A DNA stretch of 64,000 bases from the human T2T-CHM13v2.0 reference genome, Homo sapiens (GCF_009914755.1 NC_060947.1); one strand, 5' to 3'. Shown: positions 1 through 12,785, counted from the first letter of the stretch. Translations and numbers: made by a program. The notes: generated from the letters alone by a model not told the origin.

Positions 1-500
1 AATTGTGGATATTCCCTTGCTTTCTAGAATAGTTCCATACTCCTGGGTAGCTGAGTCATCTGATACCGGTACTACTTCTGGGGAACTGCTCTTTGTAGAA
101 CATTCACTGAGATAGCCCATGTCGTCACCAAGCTGGGCTAGCCTTATAAGGGATACTTCAAAATCCCCTACTGTTTCAGAGGGAGATCTTGGATGACATC
201 ATACAAAATTACCACAACACTTATTGTGATCCTCTTCCTCTCTTTCCTTGCTTTGTGATGTGGCACAAGTCCACTATCTCAATCTTGGGATGGAAAGAAG
301 ACTTTGTATTTCAAAACTTGAACTCCCCAGTGGTTACAATTATGTTCCTTCACTCACCAGGGTAAAAATACAAACTTGGATAACTGGAAAACATGGCTTC
401 CTAATTCCCTAAGTGAGCCAGATCCATCGGGTCCTTTATTTAGGCACCAGTGTCCTATAGTCATCAAGGTGGAGAGGTAACTAAAGTGATCCTGAGGTAT
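1..500. mobile_element. Possible highly decayed ERVL-class internal remnant
   Basis: Balanced composition unlike the AT-rich flank. One + frame reads DPSGPLFRHQCPIVIKV, loosely like the ERVL motif DPLGRLLVLPCPVIKV. Recalled resemblance only. Confidence 0.2.
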
Positions 501-1101
501 ATTGACAACTTTTGAAAACAGACTGAGCTGCACGTTACCTTTCAGATTTGATTGTGAAAACTCGAAAGGCTGTGGCATTTTTTAACCTTCAATTTTTGTG
601 TAAATCTTTGCAATCCCATACTTAATATGACCATAGAATGTTAATCTGGTTGCTAAAACAATAGGTAAATAGGTAGGGGAATTTATCATCCAAGAGAGAA
701 TAGAAGATTATGTGTATAGAGTCTAGTACATAAGGCACTGTGTATTGATAAATAATTTTTAATAATAAGTAAATTCTGGAGCTGATCATGTGTAAGACCA
801 AAAACCATCATACCACTTGAGTTGCTTTATCACTCTGCCCTTTCAGGCATGTCCCTATCACCCTTAATGCTGTCAGTTATCATATGAGGCAGGGTAGGTA
901 TTGGGAATAGGGTTGAAGTTTAGACTTAGTTGTCAGGATCTGTGGTATGAAGTTTTCATATTCTTCAGCGCACTCAAACCAAAGCTACAGAATTTAGGCA
1001 GCTTATTATCCAAGGGACTCTATGTCCCAATTTGGGAATAAATTAAGGAGTCAAATTATTTACATCTGCAAATAATAAAAATGTTTCTTCTTTGGGGCAA
1101 A

Positions 1102-1128
1102 GAGAGAGAGAGCGAGAGAAAGAGAGAG
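1102..1128. repeat. (GA)n-rich microsatellite
   Basis: gagagagagagcgagagaaagagagag. Confidence 0.8.
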
Positions 1129-1184
1129 CGCACATGCTCTATATAATTGAGTTTCAAATCAACTCTAAAATTAAAAGCAAAAGG

Positions 1185-1290
1185 TAATGGGAATCTCACT
1201 ATATATTGAAAGACATACTGTGTTTATGGATAGAAAGATTCAATATTGTTTAGATCTCAATTACCCCAAAATTGATCTATAGATCTATTT
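1185..1290 (+). mobile_element. Old L1 ORF2 fragment
   Basis: ttgaaagacatactgtgtttatggatagaaagattcaatattgtt...ccccaaaattgatctatagat matches the L1 ORF2 [11 protein letters not shown] region. Confidence 0.75.
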
Positions 1291-1481
1291 TTAAAAAGTA
1301 GTGAAGCAGGCAGAGAAATTTACACTCCAGACAAGACTTCATATTCCAGGCAATAATGTTCCAAAACTCTTGGTTTACTTTGATGTATATAATCAAGGTG
1401 ATTCAGTAGGGCAATATGCTCTTACATTCATACTTTACCAACAGGCTTCCTAGAATTTTTATTTAAAATTTAAGATCCTCA

Positions 1482-1700
1482 TGTAGTAAATTACATCATT
1501 GGTTCCAATGCTTCACCCTTCCTGGTATGCAAACCCTTTGCCATGTGACTTTGCATTTCCTCCCCGATAAGTGCATGAGTCAGCAGAGCGGAGCCCAAGC
1601 CAACCACAAATCCCCGAGAATAAATGATTGTTGTTTTAAGCAACCGAATTTTGGAGTGGTATGTTATGCAACATCATTGTGACAAAAGCTAACTTACTGA
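1482..1700 (+). mobile_element. MaLR LTR (MLT1G/H-like), internally deleted
   Basis: 5' tgtagt...cccttcctggtatgcaaaccctttgccatgtgactttgca; 3' aataaatgattgttgttttaagcaacc...ttttggagtggtatgttatgcaaca. Confidence 0.75.
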
Positions 1701-2419
1701 TATATCCCCATGAAGAACATTTAGACAGCATTGCTCCTGCTTATATTAAAATTGTGCTTGAACATGTGTGCCTAACATTGTGACATATGACATGTTACAT
1801 GAAATAAAAGACAAATTCCTGTCCTTGATGAGCTCTCAATCTAAAAGTGTCTTTCCTAATCTAACAAATGCTGTTATTGAGGAGGCAGATTTTCTCTGCT
1901 ATGTCATTGTGCTGGTTCATGAATACTGCTGTCTGGTTGTTTTAAATATTTCAGTTAGTTATCCACTTTACTGTGCTTCTGCCCCGAGGCTTAAAGCTAA
2001 CAGCATAGTTTAAGGAGAAAGAAAAAAAAGACATTAAAACATCACTCTTGCTGAAGCAGTGATGGAGATCATTGTAACTATGTCAAGGACATTCCTGTCA
2101 GATATTTTGAATTCTAACCATACAGCCTTAAGGCAGTTGGAGCAACCCTGGGGAGGGAAGCAATTGTCATACAATGTTCATCAGTGGGCAGCTTCCTTTC
2201 TGAACTTTTCTCTGCCAGTGTCCAGTGTCCAAAAGATTAGTCATTTTTTGAAAAGCTTTTCTTGCTTACTATCTCTATGACTTGCATGTATAGTGTTAAT
2301 GAGTTTTTAAATGTCCCAGAACATTTTTTTTCTCAAAATTCATGAGGCCAATAAATTGGTGAGTAATAATAGTCTAGGTAACATTAATTTATTGATATAT
2401 GATTTATACAAAATAAAAG

Positions 2420-3219
2420 CAGAAACCTGAAGTTTGATGAGTTTTGATAATTGCATGCACCCACGCAAAACCAAAAACAGAACATCTATATTATCCCAGA
2501 AAGTTCTCTTCTGTCCTTTTAGAGGCAATCATCCCAAAGGCAACCACTTTTCATTTCAATCAATAGAACTTAGTTTTGTCTGTTCTTGGACTTCAATGGA
2601 GTCTGTGCTCCTTTGTGTCTGGCTTCTTTTACTCAACTTAAATTTTTGTTTCTTTGATTTTACATCAATCCATGTCATTGTGTTTCAGTAAACTCATTCC
2701 TTTCATATTGCTGAGTTTACATACTTTTATAAGAATACACTTAATTTGTTTATCCATTCTCCTGTAAATAGACACTTAGGTTCTTTCACATCTTGACTGT
2801 CATGAAAAGGTTGATATGAATGTTCTTGGACAAGTCATTCTGTGCATATAATTTTCATTGTGTGTTTGTGTTTATGTGCAGATATCTAGAAGTCAAATTT
2901 TGATTCAGAATGTTTTACTAGATAAATTTAGAGAAATTGACATTTCAACCATATTTATTCTTCAAATACATGAACATTCTATTTTGCTCCATTTATTTAG
3001 GTGCCCTTTCATTTCTCTCAGCAATTGAGAGAAATGCATTTCCTTCATTATGTATATTCTTAGGTATGTTATTTATGATCTTGTGGCATTTTAAAATATA
3101 ACTTTCCAAATATTTGTTTATAGCACATAGAAATACAATGGCCTTTTGCATATAATGAGCTTATATCTTGTTATTTTACTAAATTAACATACTGGTTCCA
3201 TTTTTTGAATATTCTACAG

Positions 3220-3264
<45 letters not shown>

Positions 3265-3690
3265 CATGTCATCTATAAATAGTGACAGCTTTCTTGCATT
3301 TCTAATCATTAGGTTTTTACATTTCTTTTTATTGCCTCATCATTGAGGCTGAGATCTCTAATACAACATTAAATAGTAATGGTGAAAGTAGATATCCATA
3401 CCTTACTCTCTATCCTAGGGGAAAAATCATTCAATCCTTTACCATTAAGTATTATGTTAGCTGTGGGCTTTCCATAGATGATGTTTACCAGCTTGGAGAC
3501 ATTTCTTTCTATTCCTAGTTTGCAGACAGTTTTGTTTGTTTTGTTTCTTTAAATCACAAATGTCCATTGAATTTTATCACATTTTTTCTCTGCACGTTTT
3601 GTGTGCTTATATGGGTTTTCTGCTGTATTTGGCAGTATGGTGGTTATATTGATTTATTTCCAAATGTTAATTCAACTTTGTATTCCTGGG
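2420..3690 (-). mobile_element. Old L1M (3'UTR plus ORF2 fragments)
   Basis: T-rich antisense L1 motifs: tttgtttatccattctcctg, ttaccattaagtattatgttagctgtggg, ttctattcctagtttgc, ending at tattcctgggat. Confidence 0.8.
3225..3262. repeat. (TA)n microsatellite
   Basis: Perfect TA run, about 19 units. Confidence 0.95.
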
Positions 3691-3880
3691 ATCAGAACAA
3701 TGAATGTGACCAGGAATAAAGAGGGAAATTAAGTAGTGACAAAGGAGCCCATCCATCAAGAATTATCAATCCTAAATGTGTATGCACCTAACACCAGAAC
3801 TCCCAAATTACCTACCAACTCTAATTAAGTGATGTCTTTAAAACTCTCTAACCAACGATAGAAGAATACATATTCTATTT
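3691..3880 (+). mobile_element. L1 ORF2 endonuclease-domain fragment
   Basis: aataaagagggaaattaagtagtgacaaaggagcccatccatcaagaa...aatcctaaatgtgtatgcacctaacaccagaact (ILNVYAPN motif). Confidence 0.75.
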
Positions 3881-4729
3881 GTGTATTTGTTGTTAGTATT
3901 TCATATATTTTGGCATTTTATTTTTCTACCAAAAACAGAAAAAATGTCAGTCCAATGGTAGATTTTGTCCAGTATCTGTTGACTAATGAATAGTTTATGC
4001 AACCAACTTGAAAATTAAAAATATACCTAAACAGGGTAAAGATCACATAAGGCCTCTGAGTATTATTTCCCACAACTCCATGCATATCTACAACAAATTC
4101 AAAATTAACAGTTTAATGAATACCTTTCTATCTGTAGGAGAGAGATAAATATCTAAATAATATTAGATCTATTATTATTCCATCCAGATTTTATATCTTT
4201 ACGCTTGTTTATATTTTTTAAAGTTGTTAGTACTGAATTGAATTACATAGTATTAAATTTTACTTTAAAGCAATTTTAATGGCTTTTATTCCATAATTCA
4301 ATAAGCTTTATAATATGCCTCTATTAATCTTTTTTTTTCTATTATCCATTTCCATAGATTCCTACCAAAAACAGCTATCATAAATGAAGATTTTTTGGAA
4401 ATAGGACAAAAGATGTAAATGCCAAGGTAAATAAACATGACAAATATTACAAACTTTTAAGTATTTTTTTAAATTTAAATAGTTTTGCTCTGCAGCCAAA
4501 AAGCATTGATTTATAATGGTACCTCTGAAATACATTAGAAAAACTCATTTGATTTACAAGGCTTGGTTTTGGTTTTGGTTTTGGTTCTGGGTTTCTGTTT
4601 TTTTTTTTTTTTTCACTTACAGGGCTTTTTCACAGCCTTAGAGATACATGATTGCCCAGAAACAGGCAAATTATGCAAACTTTAACATTATCAGGAACTG
4701 CACCTAAAGTTTGTGTTATGAACAACTAG

Positions 4730-5119
4730 TGTATTAGTCTGTTCTCATGCTGCCATAAAGAACTGCCCAAGACTGGGTAATTTATAAAGTAAAGAAGTAA
4801 AGAGGTTTAATCGACTGACAGTTCCACAGGGCTTGGGAGGCCTCAGGAAACTTACAATCATGGTGGAAAGGGAAGCAAACGTATCCTTCTTTAGATGATG
4901 ACAGGAGAGAAAACTGAGTGCCAGCAGGGGAAACGCTAGATGCTTCTAAAACCATCAGATCTCATGAGAACTCACTCACTATCATGAGAACAGAATTGGG
5001 GAACCACCCCCATGATCTAATCACCTCCCACAAGGCCCCTCCCCCAACACACAGGTATTACAATTTGGATTACAATTCAAGATGAGATTTGAATGGGGAC
5101 TAAGAGCCAGACCATATCA
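4730..5119 (-). mobile_element. THE1 (C/D-like) MaLR solo LTR
   Basis: Starts tgtattagtctgttctcatgctg, ends agccagaccatatca; internal ggcctcaggaaacttacaatcatgg and gagaactcactcactatcatgagaac. Confidence 0.92.
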
Positions 5120-5294
5120 CCTAAAAAATTATAACTTTTGAGAAAATAATGCACCTTGAAGATAATTTCAACCAATCTGTGACTTCAGGAGTCTGAGGAC
5201 ATTGGTTCAGTATCTTCATTTTCCCTTCTTAATTCTTTAACTCTGTTCATTTTTTCCTCTTTTTCTCTCATTTCCAATGTTTTCCTACATCTTT

Positions 5295-5390
5295 TCACAA
5301 CTGATCACATTTATTCAAACATTGTATACTTATATCAAAATATCATGTTGTACAACTTAAATATATACAATAAAAATAAAATTTAAAAAT
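5295..5390 (+). mobile_element. L1MA 3' end fragment
   Basis: tgtatacttatatcaaaatatcatgttgtacaacttaaatatatacaataaaaataaaa. Confidence 0.7.
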
Positions 5391-5399
5391 CAGAAATTG

Positions 5400-5990
5400 A
5401 AAATATAAATATGATTTTTAAAAATATTTGGGACATTTAAAAAAGTCACTTCTACACACTTGGAGCAAAGAAAAAATCATGATAGAAAATATTAAATATT
5501 TAGATGTGGTCAGTGATTAAAATGGAAAATTAATATTGTAGAGTATAGTAAGATGAATATCAGAGAAATATTTATAGGCTTAAATATCTTGTCTACTGTA
5601 TTGAAATAAAGAAAATCTGACAATAAAAACACCCTTGAAATAATTTCTTTAAATGATAGCAAAATGAGCCAAATAACAAAAGAAGAAATGAAATAAAAAA
5701 TATAAAAATAAAACTGATAAAATAGAACAATAGCATTCAATAGTGAAGATTAATAAAAACCCAAGGTAGCACTTTGAAAAGACTAACAGAAATTTTAAAA
5801 CCTTAGGCTTAACTAGTCTAGAAAAAAATAATGCTAAGAATTAAAAAGTGGTACAATTACAAATACAGTAGAGATTTGAAAGGTATATTACAAAAACAGA
5901 TAAAATTGATAATTGATTAAAATTTACTCAGAAAGAAAATATAAATAATTGAAAATGGACTAGTATCCAGAAAATGTTAAAAACTTTATG
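5400..5990 (+). mobile_element. Old L1M ORF2 fragment
   Basis: A-rich sense L1 with tttgaaaagactaacaga and caattacaaatacagtagagatt. Confidence 0.55.
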
Positions 5991-6067
5991 ATAGGGTGAC
6001 ATCACTAATATGGTGGAGTAGGAGACACCAGTCTTCATCACCTCACAAAATACATGTATGTATAAGT

Positions 6068-6107
<40 letters not shown>

Positions 6108-6150
6108 GCTCTCTCTCTTTCTCTCTCTCTTTCTCATACACACACACACT
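6068..6150. repeat. Compound (CA)n/(CT)n microsatellite
   Basis: A CA run followed by a CT run and a short CA run, inside the L1 5'UTR. Confidence 0.95.
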
Positions 6151-6287
6151 CAACAAGATCCACAAACAAAAAATAGCCCAGAGAGGACTCAAGGGCTCAT
6201 TAAAGAATCTGCAGCAACACAGTGAAACAAAGAAACAGGGAGGACGTCCACCACATACAAAGGATTGCTGGTGAAATTGGCATACAC

Positions 6288-6582
6288 ATTTGGGCACAGT
6301 GGCTCAGGCTTGTAATCCCAGCACTTTGGGAGGCCGAGGCGGGCAAATCACTTGAGGCCAGGAGTTCAAGACCAGCCTGGCCAACATGGCGAAACCCCGT
6401 CTCTACTAAAAATACAAAAATTAGTTGGGCGTGGCGTGGGCGCCTGTATTCCCAGCTACTCAGGAGGCTGAGGCAGGAGAATCGCTTGAACTGAGGAGGT
6501 GGAGGTTGCAGTGACCCAAGATCACACACTGCACTCCAGCCTGGGCAACAGAGTGAGACTTTGTGGAAAAAAAAGGAAAAAA
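6288..6582 (+). mobile_element. Alu (AluS, Sz/Sx-like)
   Basis: Dimeric Alu with A-rich linker; degenerate TSD aattggcatacaca / aatggcataccca. Confidence 0.95.
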
Positions 6583-6873
6583 CAAACAATGGCATACCCA
6601 AGATGCCAGGAGATGGCTAGGAGCAAAAACAAAGGTGGAGGCTATTGATATCAGTCACTTGGTGAAAGCCACTATGATCCCCAGAGGCCTGCACTGCAGA
6701 GAACACCTGCATCTCTTGCTATTTAGGTAACCAATAGCCATACCTGCTGGGAAACACACAAAAGGGAGATACAGTTGCACTTTCCTCTCCCAAAAAGTGG
6801 CCTCTGTTGAGCCTCTTTGAAACAGATGGTTATTTGAAAATATATAGTCAGAGAAGAAAAAAGAAACAAAAGA

Positions 6874-7440
6874 ATGAAAAGGAATGAAGAAAGCTTGTGG
6901 GATTTATGGAACAGCATGAAAAGAGCAAAGGTTCAAGTTATAAGAGTTCAAAAAGGAGAAGAGGGAGATAAAAGAGTAGAGAACTTATTTTTAAAAATAA
7001 TAGCAGAAAACTTTCAAAATCTCGGGAAAGATATGCATTTGCAGGTAAAGGAAGAGCAACGGTCTCCATTCAGATTTAATCCAAAGAAGACTACACCAAG
7101 ACATTTTATAATCAAGTGATCAAAAATCAAAGACAAAGAGAGAATCCTAAAAAAGGCAAGAGAAAAGAAGTAAATCACAAATAAGAAGTAAATCACAATA
7201 ACGCTGGCAGCAGATTACTAATCAGAAACCTTACAGACCATGAGAAAATGGGATGACATATTCAACATGCTGAAGGAAAAGAACTGCCAACCAAGATGAC
7301 TATTTGGCTAAACTGTTCTTCATAAATGAAGGAGAGTTAAGACTTTCCCAGACAATCAAAAGCTAAGAAAGTTCATCACCACAAGACTTGACCTGTAAGA
7401 GATGCTAAAGGGAATTCTTCAAGCTAAAAGAAAAGGACAA
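6874..7440 (+). pseudogene. Decayed L1 ORF1p (RRM/CTD portion)
   Basis: MKRNEESLWDLWNSMKRAKVQVIRVQKGEE...IIAENFQNLGKD...PKKTTPRHFIIK is L1 ORF1p-like; stops and frameshifts downstream. Confidence 0.9.
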
Positions 7441-7941
7441 TAATTAGTAACATGAAAACATGAAATTATAAAACTCACTGGTAAAAGTAAGAACATAGTC
7501 AAATACAGAATACTCTAATACTGTGGCATGTAAATCACTGTGGCATGTATGTAATACTGTGGCATGTAAATCACTTATGTTTTTAGTATGAAGGTTAAAA
7601 TACAAAACTATTAAAAATAGTAATAGCTGCATTAATTTGTGAAAGAATACACAATATAAAAGATGTAAATTGTTATATCAAAAACAGAAAATGTGGGGGA
7701 GGAGAAGTAAAAGTGTAGAGTTATTTTATGAGATCAAAATTAGCTTGTTATCACCTTAAAATAGCCTGTTACAATATAAAGTGTTTTACGTAAGTCTCAT
7801 GGCAACTACAAAGCAAAAACTATCGTACATATACAAAAGATAAAAAGTGAGAAATAAAAGCATAATCATCTAATCACAAAGAAAGACAGCAAGAGAAGAA
7901 GAAACACAAGATCTACAAAACAACCAGTAATAATTAAGAAA

Positions 7942-10900
7942 ATGGCAATAGTAAGTTTTTACCTATCAATAATTACCTTGAATGTAAATAGATTAAATAG
8001 TCCAATCAAAAGATATAGAGTGGTTCAAAAGATAAAAAAAAAAAATAAGCCCCAACTATATGCTATCTAAAAGAGACTCATTTTACTAGCAGGAACACAC
8101 AGAGACTGCAAGTAAACATACAAAAAAAGATATTTCACACAAATGGAAATCAAAAGAGAGCAAAGGTAGCTCTACTCACATCTGATAAAATAGACCTTAA
8201 GTAGAAAGCCATAAAGCAAGACAAAGGTCATTATATAATGATAAAGAGATCAATTTATCAAGAATATATAACAACTGTAAATGTATATACACCAAACACT
8301 GGGGCAACTAAATATATAAAGCAATAAATAAAACAAATATTGGCCGGGCACGGTGGCTCACGGCTGTAATCCCAGCACTTTGGGAGGCCGAGGCGGGCGG
8401 ATCACGAGGTCAGGAGATTGAGACCATCCTGGCTAACACGGTGAAACCCCGTCTCTACCAAAAATACAAAAAATCAGCCGGGTGTGGTGGTGGGTGCCTG
8501 TAGTCCCAGCTACTCAGGAGGCTGAGGCAGGAGAATCGCATGAACCCAGGAGGCAGAGCTTTCAGTGAGCCGAGATCGCAGCACTGCACTCCAGCCTGGG
8601 CGACAGGGCAAGACTCCGTCTCAAAAAAAAGACAAATATTAATAGATCTGAAGAGAGATACACTAATATAATAACAGTAGAGAACTTCAGCACCCTACTT
8701 TTAGCAATGGACAGATTATCTGGAAATAAAATCAACACAATAACAATGGACTTGAATTATACTTTGGGGACAGATGACCCTAACATCCCATCCAAGAGCA
8801 GAAGAATGTATATCTTCATCAAGTGTACACAGAACATCCCATCCAAGAGCAGGAGAATACATATCTTCATCCAGTGTACACAGAACATTCTTCAGGATAA
8901 TTCATATGTTAGGCTAAAAAACAAGTCTTAACAAATTTAAGAAGATTGAGATCATATCAAGTACCTTTCATGACCACAGAAGACTGAATCATGGAAAAAT
9001 AGAAAATATAAACAAATGAATAATAAGCAGAGAGTTTGAAACAGTTATCAAAGATCTCACATCAAAGAAAAGCCAAGGACATGATGGCTGAGCTGCTAAA
9101 CTCTAGCAAACGTTTAAAGAAGAACTAATACCAATGCTTCTTAAACTCTTCAGAAAACAAAAAATGAAAAGGAGGTAAAATTTCCAAACACTTTTTACAA
9201 GGCCAGCATTACCTTGAGAAGAAAGCCAAACAAAGATACTACAAGAATCACCATAGACATAAAAATCCTCAAAAATATTAGCAAACTAAATTCAAAAACA
9301 TATTAAAAGAATAATTCACCATCATCAAGTGGGATTTATACCTTGGATTCAAGGATGGTTCAACATATGCAAATCAATCAATGTGATACACCACATTAAT
9401 AGAATGAAGGACAAAAACCATATAATTACGTCAATAGATGGAGGAAAGGCATTTAACAAAATGTAACATACTACAAACTCTGAAAAAATTAGGCATAAGA
9501 GGAAAGCGCCTCAACAAAGTTACAATGAGCCAACAGCTAACATCTTATGCAACAATGCCACATTGAAAACTTTTCTCCTAAGGTGAGGAACAAGACAAGG
9601 ATGTCCACTCTTGCAATTTTTATTCAATGTAGTACTGGATGTCCTAGCCAGAGGAGTTAGGCAAGAGAAAGAAATAAAAGACATCTAAGTCAGAAAGGAA
9701 GAAGTTATTTGTCTCTGTTTGCTTGCAGATGACATTAACTTATTCTTAGAAAACAATGAAGACTCCAACAAAAAAGAACACTTAGAACTAATAAAGAAAT
9801 TCAGTAAAGATGCAAGGTACAAAGTCAACATATGAAAATCAGTAGCATTTGTATGCACTAACAATGAACTATCTAAAAAATAAATCAAGAAAACAATTCC
9901 ATTTATAATAGCTACAAATAAAATACAATACTTAGGAATCAATTTAACCAAGGAAGTGAAAGATCTGTACACTGGAAACTATAAAATATTGAAGAAATAA
10001 ATGGAAGAGGGCACAAATAAATGGAAAGACATTCCATGTTCACAGACTGGAAGAATCAATATTGTTGAAATGTTTATACTACCAAAGCAATCTACAAATT
10101 CAATGCAATCTTCATCAAAATTCCGATGTCATATTTCAAGGAAATCGAAAAAAAATCCTAAAGTTTATACGGAACCACGAAAAACCCAGAAAAGCCAAAG
10201 CAATCTTCAGTTAAAAGAACAAAGCTGGAGGCATCACATTACCTGATTTTAAAATCTACAAGGATATGGTAATTGAAACAGCATGGTACTGGCCTAAAAA
10301 CAGACACATAGACCTATAAAACAGAATACGGAGCCCAGGAATAAATCTACACATTTACTGTCAATTGATTTTCAATAAAGATGCCAAGGAGAAACAATGA
10401 GGAAAGGACAGTCTATTTAATAAAGGGCATTGGGAAAACTAGATATCCATATGCAGCATAATGAAATTAGACCCTCATCTCACACCATATGCAAAAATAA
10501 ACTCAAATTCATTAAAGACTTAAATGTAAGACCTGAAGCTGTAAAACTAGTACAAGAAAACATAAGTGAAAAGCTCCATGACATTGGCCTGGGCAAAGAT
10601 TTTTTTACATGACCCCGAAAGCACAGGCTACAAAAGCAAAAATAGACAAACAGGATTACATCAAACTAAAAAGCTTCTGCACAGCAAAGGGAACAATCAA
10701 TAATGTATGGAATGGGAAGAGACAACATATGTAATGGGAAAATATGTTTACAAACTATACCTCTGGTAAGAAGCTAATATCCAAAACGTATAAGGAACTT
10801 AACTCAATTATAAGGAAATAACCCAATTAAAAACAGGTAAAGTAACTGAATAGATATTTTTCTAAAGAAGACATGCAAATGTCCAATGGCTGTATGAAAT

Positions 10901-11320
10901 GGTGTTCTACATCACTAATCATCAGGGAAACACAAACTAAAACCATAATGAGATACATCATCTTATTCCTATTAGAAGGGTTATTATAAAAATATGTGAA
11001 AAATAAGTGTTGGTGAGGACGTGGAGAAAAGGAAACCCTTTTTGTGCGCTATAGGTGGAAATGTAACTTAGAGTCATAAAAAACCAGCATGAAGGTTCCT
11101 CAAAAAAACTGAAATTAGAAGAAAAATATAATCCTGCAATCTCACTACTGGGTATATATTCAATATACTGACGAGATATCTTTATTCCCATGTTCACTGC
11201 AGCATTACTCACAATAGCCGAGATACGTAAACAACCTAAGTATGCATCAGTGGATGAATGGATAAAGAAAATGTGATACATATACACAATGGAATATTAT
11301 TCCACTTTTAAATAGAAAAA
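7942..11320 (+). pseudogene. Decayed L1 ORF2p (EN, RT, C-terminus) with internal deletion
   Basis: IITLNVN start; fragments [17 protein letters not shown] (10001) and [33 protein letters not shown] (10430); many stops. Confidence 0.9.
8342..8630 (+). mobile_element. AluY
   Basis: gatcacgaggtcaggagat, accatcctggctaacacggtg, gagctt diagnostics; TSD aaaacaaatatt (8330-8341) / aagacaaatatt (8629-8640). Confidence 0.95.
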
Positions 11321-11799
11321 AATTCTGTGATTTGTGACAACATGGATGAATCTGGAGAGCATTATGCTTAGTGAAATAAGCAAGCACAGAAAGACAAATA
11401 CCACATGATCTCACTTATATGTGGAACACGAAAGATTGAAACTCATAGAAAAAGAAAGTTTAATGGTAGTTACCATAGCCTGGAGGGGGCGCGGGGAGAT
11501 TGAGGACATGTTGGTCAAAGGATACAAAATTTCAATTAGATGGGAGAAATAAATCCAAGACATGTATTGTACCACATAGTGGCTACAATTAATAACAATA
11601 TATTCTATACTTGAAAATTGTTAACAGGGTAGATTTTAAGTGCTTTCACCACATAAAAATGATGTTTGTGAGGTAATGCTTATGTTATGTAGCTTGATTT
11701 AGCCATTCTAAAGTGGCATGGTGTATACCGTAAATATACATAATTTTTACTTGTCAATTAAAAAATACAAAATAAATTTTAAAAAATCGTGAGACACCA

Positions 11800-12600
11800 A
11801 GACAGAAATACAATAGAAGAATGGGCAAACAATTTAGAAGATACTTCTAAGAATATATACAAATGGAAATAAACATGTTAAAAAGCAGCTCAATCTCATT
11901 TTTAATCAAAGAGAAGAAAATTGCAACTGCAATGAGGAACCACTAAACAGACTTCAGATTGGAAAAAATTTGACAGTTTGACAACTGGTAAAAGCTGGTG
12001 AAAATGCAGAGAAATAGGAACACACATACAGTGCTGATATGAGTATAAATTGTTCAACTATCTCAGACATCAGTTTGGCATTATTTAATAAAGTGATAGA
12101 TGTGCCTATTGTACAACCGAGCCATTCCAATCTTAGGTGTAACCAGACTGAAATGTGTGTACATATGCACCCAAATATATCTGCAAGAATGTCCATAGTA
12201 TTGTTCAGGCTCATGAACATATCCATAATTATGCCCATCATCAGGAAAATAAACAAGTCAATTATGGTTTATTTATACAACTGGATCCCACACAGCAATG
12301 AAAATAAAGGACCTACACAGTACATGCAACAACCTGGATAAATCTCAGAAACATAAAATTGAGCAGACAAAAAACAAGACATGAAAAAATATAACTGTAG
12401 TATGACTCATTTCACATAAATTTCCAAAACAAATAAAACTAAACTAGGTATTTACAAATAAAACGATAAAGAAAAGCAAATATGGCATTGTCACAAAACT
12501 CAGAATTGCAGTTATCTCTGGGTGGAGGCAGTGAGTTGATGAAATTGAGAAAAGGCACATGGCTTCTGGGGTACTGGTGGTATGGTAGTCTTATCTTGTG
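11800..12600 (+). mobile_element. Old L1ME-type ORF2 end and 3'UTR
   Basis: aatgggcaaac...caaatggaaataaacatg; agtataaattgttcaact; aacctggataaatctcagaaacataa. Confidence 0.75.
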
Positions 12601-12785
12601 CTGTGATATTATAAAAAATGTGTGATCTTTATAATTGTTATGTCATGTCATGCTGTGTTATGTCATGATATGTTAAATTATAGTAGTTATTGTTGTTATA
12701 TATTTTATGCGATTTTCTCTAGGGATGATACATCTTGCTACACATATGTACACAAAGGAAATGCATTTAAAATAACAAAAAATTT

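Larger units (their letters stand above)
5994..11786 (+). mobile_element. Near full-length decayed L1MA (L1MA5-8-like): 5'UTR, partial ORF1, ORF2, 3'UTR
   Basis: 5' end gggtgacatcactaatatggtggagtaggag; ORF1 remnant at 6874-7119; ORF2 start atggcaatagtaag...ttaccttgaatgtaaat at ~7942; RT motif tttgcttgcagatgac at ~9720; L1MA-type 3'UTR ggatacaaaatttcaattaga...tgtcaattaaaaaa. Confidence 0.92.

Noticed and set aside
3926-4374. 13-bp repeat ctaccaaaaacag at 3926 and 4362
   Set aside because: It is short and A-rich with no coherent element between the copies, so it cannot be distinguished from chance.
6200-6601. Alu-derived ORFs (also 12854, 34066, 38493, 38686, 48009, 57112, 61150)
   Set aside because: These are typical Alu translations ([15 protein letters not shown]), not genes.
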